From positions 681-64,680 of the forward strand of contig CAXTFT010000001.1 of assembly GCA_964243585.1 (NCBI GenBank): a stretch of 64,000 nt of DNA, read 5' to 3'. The notes beneath the pieces were generated by a model. That model did not search any database. It worked only from the letters and a program-made list of their open reading frames with translations, and was not told where the DNA came from. The position numbers and the translations under genes were made by a program. Each line of letters opens with the position of its first letter. Position 1 is the stretch's first letter. This document shows, one piece after another, positions 58,514-64,000 of this stretch. The DNA is from an uncultured Terriglobus sp. GTDB lineage: Bacteria; Acidobacteriota; Terriglobia; Terriglobales; Acidobacteriaceae.

Positions 58514-61500
58514 TCAGCTCCTCTGCTCCGCTCGTGGCCCGAGAGTGGCACGTCGACTCGTACGGTCGTTCCCTGGCCCGGCGTGCTGCTAACTGTGAGT
58601 GTTGCACCAATCTGTTCTGCGCGCTCCCCCAGACCTGTAAGGCCGAAATGTCCTTCCTCGCGGGAGGGTGCGGCGGAGACGTCAAACCCCCGGCCATCGT
58701 CTGTAATCTCAAGGCGCACGTGCTCCTGTGCGTATGCGAGCCGGATCTGAATCTCGCTGGCATCCGCATGGCGAAGCGCGTTCGCCACAGCCTCCTGCGC
58801 AATGCGGTAGAGTTCGTCTTCTGCGAGAGAACTGAGCGGACGATACACGCCTGTCGTCTCCATTTGCGAGTCGACGCCTCGTGCAATCACGCTTTGCACG
58901 GTGCGTGCCAGGCGGGCAGGCAGGGTCTGGGCGTCCGCGCCCTCGGTCCTTAGATTCCAGATGGACCGCCTGGCCTCGCCGAGGCTTTCGTGCACCAATG
59001 CGCGGGTTTCGTCGAGCTGCTGGCGGCACTCGCTTAATCGGTTGCCATGCAATATCTGCGACAAAATCTCCAGCCGAACAGAGACGGCGACAAAGCCCTG
59101 CGCAAGGGTGTCATGAATCTCGCGGGCAAGCCTGTTTCTCTCCCCTGCCACGGCGTCAAAGCGAGCCTTCAGGGTCTGCACGCGCAGCAGGTAAAGGCCA
59201 GCCAGCAGGCCAGCCAGCAGGCACAGTAGGAACACGCGGAACCATGCCGTCTGATAGTACCGGGGCTGCAGTTGCATGGCGACTACCGCGGCGGCCTCGC
59301 TCCACGGTTCGTTCCCGTAGCGTGCCGTGACGCGGAAACGGTACTGCCCGGGCGGTATGTTCGTGTAGAAGGCGGTTCGCCGCGTTCCGGCCTGAATCCA
59401 ATCCCGGTCAAAGCCCTCAAGCTGGTAGCGGTACTGCAGCCGCTGCGGAGCCGCAAGATTGATGCCGGCAAACGAAAATGAAAAGTGTGAAGGACCGGGC
59501 GGCAGCGCTGCCAATTCTGCCCGTGTTACCTCACGATCGTCTGCTGTCATTTGTTGCATGACGACCGGCGGAACAGCGTGAGCAGCCGGTAGAAGCGCCG
59601 GATCGACGATAACAATGCCGCGGTGCGTGGCAAAGCACAGCCGCCCATCCTGCAAGCGCATGGCAGAAGGATGACCCACACCAGAGCCTTCAGAAGAGGG
59701 CAGACCGTCCGCGGTGCCGTAGTGCGTCACGACAACGCTGCGCTTCTTGTCCAGGCGGTATGCAGCGAGGTCAGCCTGCGCGACCCGGTCGAAGCCGCGG
59801 TCTGAGCTGAGCCACAGGTACCCAAGCCGGTCTTCGAGGATGGCAAAGATTGTCTTCGGCAAATCGGGAACGCCCAGGTAGCTGAAGAATCGTTTCCCTT
59901 CACCGACAGCCAAACCCTTGCCGTTCGTGCCGACCCACAGCGATCCCGTGGCGTCCGTGGCAAGCGCGGTGACTGTGTTGCCCGGCAGTCCGTTCGCCAC
60001 GGTGTAGTTGCCGGCAGAGGCCCCGTGAATGCGTGCGAGGCCGCCCAGCGTACCGATCCACTGATCCCCCGCTCTGTCTTCGGCCATGGCCCCGATCAGG
60101 TTGCTGCCCAATCCCTGCGCCGTTGTCCAGGTGGTGGTGCGGCCTCTCTGCAGGCGGGTGACGCCGTGCCGTGTGCCGATCCAGAGCGCCCCATCATGGG
60201 CGACCAGTAACGACCGCACGAAGTCATCAGCTAAACCGTCGGCTGGACCATAGGTGCGGATGCGACCGTCCTGGAGATGGTTCAGGCCGTCAGGTGTGCC
60301 GATCCACAGATCCTTGCCGCCCGAAGCGAGCGCAAGTACGGTGTCGCTCGCCAGACCGTCCTTCGCCCTGTATGTGCGTGCGGACTTGCGGCCCGCCTGG
60401 CTGACCCCGCTGCCGTTCGTTCCCACCCACAACGCGCCGTCAGCGGTCTGGGCGACGGACGTGGCAGGGCTCTCGCCCACGCCCTGTGATCTGCCAGTCA
60501 TTTCAAAGAGACGCTCGCGCCACTCCTGTGCGCCCGCTGCTTCCGTGCCAACCCAAAGGTCGCCGTCACGGTCCTCATACAGGGAGAGGACGGTCGAAGT
60601 GTCTGCCCTGGAGGATTCCATTTGGCCCTTCCACCAGCGGGCCACACCTTTGTCCGTGCCGATCCACACCGCACCCAGACGATCGGCGAAGATGGTCTCG
60701 ACCTGGTCGCCGGGGAGTGCACGTCCGGCTTGAAACGCGGTCGCCCCGTGTTGCGTCATCAGCAGCACGCCACTCTTGCCAGCTGCCCAGACTGCGTCAC
60801 CGGTTGCCAGAAGCTGACGGACATCGCCCGCGGGCAAGGCTTCGCGTTTCGCCAGCAGCTTCAGGGAACCTGCCCGTAACTGGAAGATACCGTCGGCCGA
60901 AGCAAAGAAGACCGATCCGGAGGCGTCTGTCGTCAAAGCCGCCACGGGCAGAGTGGACGCCATCTGCGGTGCACGTTTGACGCCGCTGCTGCTGACTCGG
61001 TAGAGGCCGCTCGGGGTAGCTGCCCAAATGCCTCCGTCCGCAGCGTCAGCCATTGCGTTTACCTCGTCACCCATTGGACCGGTCTGCGTGTAGCTCTGAA
61101 ATCGGACACTTGCAGTTTGGTTGTTCGGAGAGGCAAGGCTCGACAGCCCGTGGTTTGTCAGGACCCAGAGGGTACCGTCCTTCGTCTGCAGCAGGGACCG
61201 CACTGTGTCGGAGGCGAGACCATCTTGTGTCGTGTAGGTGTGCGTTGCGCCATCCTGAAGGCGTGTCAATCCGGAGGCCGTGCCGATCCATAGCGCGCGG
61301 GAGCGGTCTTCCAGCAGGCATCGGACATCGTTGCCTGCGAGGCGTGGCTCGCGATCGCGATCGAACACGCGGAACTGATAGCCATCGAAGCGCGCGAGCC
61401 CGCCTTCGGTCGCCATCCAGAAATATCCATCGGAGGTCTGCAGCATCGCGTGCACAGAATTCTGCGGCAGACCATTCTCGGTGCTCCATGCCTGTCGGGT

Positions 61501-61605
61501 GTACCGGTCCAGGCTGGCAGCCTGCGCTGTCGCTTGTGCCCCGCAGACGATCAGGGCACAACACACGAGCACTTGCAGCAGCCGAGAGAAGGCAGGGGGG
61601 TTCAT
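58510..61605 (-). CDS. Sensor histidine kinase with Reg_prop beta-propellers, Y_Y_Y and HisKA_3/HATPase domains
   Basis: Repeated GLxxxxV..D..G.LWIGT blades; YRYQLEGFD..YTNIPPGQYRFRV; single TM; ERNRLAREIHDTLAQ, QEAVANALRH, DDGRGF; ATGA overlap with the response regulator. Confidence 0.93.
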   Translation of the reverse strand: MNPPAFSRLLQVLVCCALIVCGAQATAQAASLDRYTRQAWSTENGLPQNSVHAMLQTSDGYFWMATEGGLARFDGYQFRVFDRDREPRLAGNDVRCLLEDRSRALWIGTASGLTRLQDGATHTYTTQDGLASDTVRSLLQTKDGTLWVLTNHGLSSLASPNNQTASVRFQSYTQTGPMGDEVNAMADAADGGIWAATPSGLYRVSSSGVKRAPQMASTLPVAALTTDASGSVFFASADGIFQLRAGSLKLLAKREALPAGDVRQLLATGDAVWAAGKSGVLLMTQHGATAFQAGRALPGDQVETIFADRLGAVWIGTDKGVARWWKGQMESSRADTSTVLSLYEDRDGDLWVGTEAAGAQEWRERLFEMTGRSQGVGESPATSVAQTADGALWVGTNGSGVSQAGRKSARTYRAKDGLASDTVLALASGGKDLWIGTPDGLNHLQDGRIRTYGPADGLADDFVRSLLVAHDGALWIGTRHGVTRLQRGRTTTWTTAQGLGSNLIGAMAEDRAGDQWIGTLGGLARIHGASAGNYTVANGLPGNTVTALATDATGSLWVGTNGKGLAVGEGKRFFSYLGVPDLPKTIFAILEDRLGYLWLSSDRGFDRVAQADLAAYRLDKKRSVVVTHYGTADGLPSSEGSGVGHPSAMRLQDGRLCFATHRGIVIVDPALLPAAHAVPPVVMQQMTADDREVTRAELAALPPGPSHFSFSFAGINLAAPQRLQYRYQLEGFDRDWIQAGTRRTAFYTNIPPGQYRFRVTARYGNEPWSEAAAVVAMQLQPRYYQTAWFRVFLLCLLAGLLAGLYLLRVQTLKARFDAVAGERNRLAREIHDTLAQGFVAVSVRLEILSQILHGNRLSECRQQLDETRALVHESLGEARRSIWNLRTEGADAQTLPARLARTVQSVIARGVDSQMETTGVYRPLSSLAEDELYRIAQEAVANALRHADASEIQIRLAYAQEHVRLEITDDGRGFDVSAAPSREEGHFGLTGLGERAEQIGATLTVSSTPGQGTTVRVDVPLSGHERSRGAE

Positions 61606-61785
61606 AGCAGCCGATCCCATCCTTTCACACGAATATCGAAGGCGATCTCGCAGGCGAGCGCGACGTAGGGCTCCCAGCCTGTGCAGCTTTGGGAGGGAAC
61701 ACGTTAGTATGTTCAAGCATTGCGGCGCACCCGCACCAGACACGATGAATCAGGTGTGCAGCACAAGAAAGAAGATTGCAGCTTG

Positions 61786-63633
61786 ATGTCACGCCCCTTC
61801 CACCTGCTCAACGCGCTGTTGTTCTGCGGCATGCTGCCGCTTTCGCTGGCCGCGCAGTCCACGCCCGGGCAGGGCACACCGCGATCCAATGAAGGTGCCC
61901 AGCCTCTGTCGCGCGGCGGAGTCAATACGGGAACGCCCAACGCCGCTGTGCTGGACGATCAGCAGCGGCCCATCACCGCTGGCGGCTTTGTCACCTCAGG
62001 TCCATTGATCTTTCAGGACACGGCGGGCAAGGCCGGTTTGAATAAGTGGACCCATGTTATGGGTTCGGGCGCGCAGAAAAATATCCTTGAGACGATTGGT
62101 TCGGGTGTCGGACTCATCGATTACGACAACGATGGCTGGCTCGATATTTATCTGGTCAATGGCACCACCTACGACAAGGCTGCAGGTGCTGTGCCGCACG
62201 CTGCGCTGTTCCACAACAATCACGATGGAACTTTTACCGATGTGTCCGCCAAGGCCGGCGTGCAAAACGATCGATGGGGCTTTGGTGTTGCCGTTGCGGA
62301 CTACGACAACGATGGCTGGCCGGACCTGTACGTCACCAACTTTGGTGCGAACCGGCTGTTCCACAACAACCATGACGGAACGTTTTCTGATGTGGCCATG
62401 AAGGCTGGCGTGACGCTCGGCAATTGGTCCACTGGAGCCACTTGGGGCGATTACGACGGCGATGGAAAGCTGGACCTGTTCGTGCCCGGCTATGTGCACT
62501 ATGACCTGGAGCATCCGCCGTCGCAGGGTACCAAAAATGTCGCCCTGAGCTTCTGCCAGTTCCGCGGCGTTGCCGTGATGTGCGGTCCAAAGGGGCTGCA
62601 GGGCGAGCCCGATCACCTGTTCCACAACAATGGCGACGGTTCCTTCACCGACACCAGCCAGAAGGCAGGCGTCTCTGACAACAAGGGAAAGTACTATGGC
62701 CTGGCATCGCTGTTTGTGGATGTCAACAATGACGGTAAGCCGGACCTGCTGGTGGCCGACGATTCTACGCCGAACTACCTCTACCTGAACAAGGGGGACG
62801 GCACGTTTGAAGATGCGAGCTTCGCCTCAGGCTACGCGTTGAATGAGAGCGGCCGCGAGACTGCGTCGATGGGCATCGCCTCCGGTGACCTGCTGCACAA
62901 CGGCCTGATCGACGTCTTCAACACGACCTTCTCTGACGACTACAAACCGCTCTATCGCAACGATGGCGACGGCAATTTCACTGACGCCAGTTACCAGTTT
63001 AAGATTGCTGAGCCGACCATCCCTTTTCTGGGCTGGGGCACTGCTTTCCTGGATTACGACAACGATGGCTGGCTGGACCTGATCTTCGTGAACGGCCACG
63101 TCTACCCGCAGGTCGACCAGCAGCACTGGGGCACCAGCCTGAAGCAGCGCGCTGTCCTGTTTCACAACAACGCGGGCAAACTGGAGGTGGTGCCGGCGGT
63201 CGAAGGCAGCGCACTGGCGAAGCTCGCCACGGCGCGTGGCCTGGCCTACGGCGATCTTTTCAATGATGGCAAGGTGGATGCTGTTGTCAACAATCTTGAC
63301 GGCACACCTTCGCTGTTCCGCAACGTGTCGCAGGGCAAGAATCACTGGATTGGCCTGAAGCTGGTGGGCGGTCCGAAGAGCCCGCGCGATGCCGTCGGAG
63401 CGGCGGTATACCTCACCGCAAATGGATTTCGCCAGCGGGCGGATGTGATCAGCGGCGGCAGCTTTGCCTCATCGTCTGATCCGCGGCTGCATTTTGGGCT
63501 TGGAGCTGCCACCAAAGTTGACAGTATCGAGGTTCACTGGCCAAGCGGCGTTGTGGAACAGTATGCATCACCCGGCATCGATGGAATCTTTACCCTCATG
63601 GAAGGTAATGGAACAAGTGCCAAGGCTCCTTAG
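61786..63633 (+). CDS. Second CRTAC1-family FG-GAP / ASPIC-UnbV protein
   Basis: Signal peptide MSRPFHLL; seven DxDxDG-like repeats; RDAVGA..GGSFASSSDPRLHFGLG..IEVHWPSG. Confidence 0.92.
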   Translation: MSRPFHLLNALLFCGMLPLSLAAQSTPGQGTPRSNEGAQPLSRGGVNTGTPNAAVLDDQQRPITAGGFVTSGPLIFQDTAGKAGLNKWTHVMGSGAQKNILETIGSGVGLIDYDNDGWLDIYLVNGTTYDKAAGAVPHAALFHNNHDGTFTDVSAKAGVQNDRWGFGVAVADYDNDGWPDLYVTNFGANRLFHNNHDGTFSDVAMKAGVTLGNWSTGATWGDYDGDGKLDLFVPGYVHYDLEHPPSQGTKNVALSFCQFRGVAVMCGPKGLQGEPDHLFHNNGDGSFTDTSQKAGVSDNKGKYYGLASLFVDVNNDGKPDLLVADDSTPNYLYLNKGDGTFEDASFASGYALNESGRETASMGIASGDLLHNGLIDVFNTTFSDDYKPLYRNDGDGNFTDASYQFKIAEPTIPFLGWGTAFLDYDNDGWLDLIFVNGHVYPQVDQQHWGTSLKQRAVLFHNNAGKLEVVPAVEGSALAKLATARGLAYGDLFNDGKVDAVVNNLDGTPSLFRNVSQGKNHWIGLKLVGGPKSPRDAVGAAVYLTANGFRQRADVISGGSFASSSDPRLHFGLGAATKVDSIEVHWPSGVVEQYASPGIDGIFTLMEGNGTSAKAP

Positions 63634-63739
63634 AGTGTCATCAACCGTAAGTTGCACATATTCCTAATCCCTTTGGCTTGGGACAACTGTGCACACGCTG
63701 GGCTAGACTTGCGCGGTCTCATAAATCTTTGTTTCCTCT

Positions 63740-64000
63740 TTGACGAAGGCGTCCTTTTTGCCAGGTATCCTGCAATCCCGAACGCGCCAGGCAGCAAGTT
63801 GCCTGCTGGTATTTGCAGCGCTCTGCGTAGCGGCAGGGGTACATCTGAGCGCACCGGCGACTGCACACGCAAGCGAGAGTGGTCCCGCAGCGCGCAAGAT
63901 CTACAGCGATGCCATAGCGGCAAAGTACTACGCGCACTTTGACGATGCGGCGCCCTTTCTGCCATCGAACGCGACGACGGATACGGGAGAGTTCATCGAC
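63740..64000 (+). CDS. 5' end of a secreted protein, probably an acidobacterial TPR / multiheme cytochrome c protein; runs off the right edge
   Basis: Not in the ORF track. Open frame LTKASF...AASCLLVFAALCVAAGVHLSAPATAHA|SES...PFLPSNATTDTGEFID. The last motif is recalled as preceding the first CxxCH in such proteins; the heme motifs lie outside the window. Confidence 0.55.
   Translation, partial: MTKASFLPGILQSRTRQAASCLLVFAALCVAAGVHLSAPATAHASESGPAARKIYSDAIAAKYYAHFDDAAPFLPSNATTDTGEFID

Noticed and set aside
56110-58750. ORFs 56110..57207 and 57836..58750 on +
   Set aside because: Antisense shadows of the CRTAC1 and response regulator genes
63630-63965. Short ORF-track calls at the right edge
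   Set aside because: Superseded by the unlisted + frame from 63740 that has a signal peptide and stays open to the edge
1-64000. tRNA/rRNA, integrase, IS, prophage, toxin-antitoxin or anti-phage defence genes
   Set aside because: No recognisable motifs by eye; tRNAscan/ISEScan/DefenseFinder would be needed to exclude small or divergent ones

Overview
Bacterial chromosomal DNA, very probably Acidobacteriota (Terriglobia-like). This assignment is inferred from the Oar-like TonB-dependent receptors without SusD partners, the CRTAC1/ASPIC-UnbV proteins and the Reg_prop/Y_Y_Y sensor kinase. Gene content from left to right: a partial TBDR, GTP-PEPCK, a TBDR, a decayed gene, copC-copD, an SDR-TetR pair with tandem operators, a proteobacterial-type polyol ABC operon (smoEFGK plus mannitol dehydrogenase), a serine hydrolase, a putative glycoside hydrolase, a B12-radical SAM enzyme, a TIM-barrel/Gluconate_2-dh3/GMC cluster of the glycoside 3-dehydrogenase type, a PAP2 phosphatase, a tandem HD-GYP protein, an SDR, an orphan Rieske oxygenase, a PabB-PabC fusion, a GH38 alpha-mannosidase, an SRPBCC/TIGR01777/DoxX-like/DUF4166 operon, and a PUL-like block (3 TBDRs of which one is dead, 2 Tat sulfatases, an SGNH lipoprotein, FGE). 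The right end holds a divergent module: two FG-GAP/ASPIC-UnbV proteins, a two-component system, a small secreted protein and the start of a probable TPR/multiheme cytochrome protein. The middle ~50 kb carries at least six pseudogenes or gene remnants that the ORF track misses or only partly captures. No rRNA, tRNA, CRISPR array, integrase or transposase was recognised. All family assignments come from motif recognition by eye, not from database searches.
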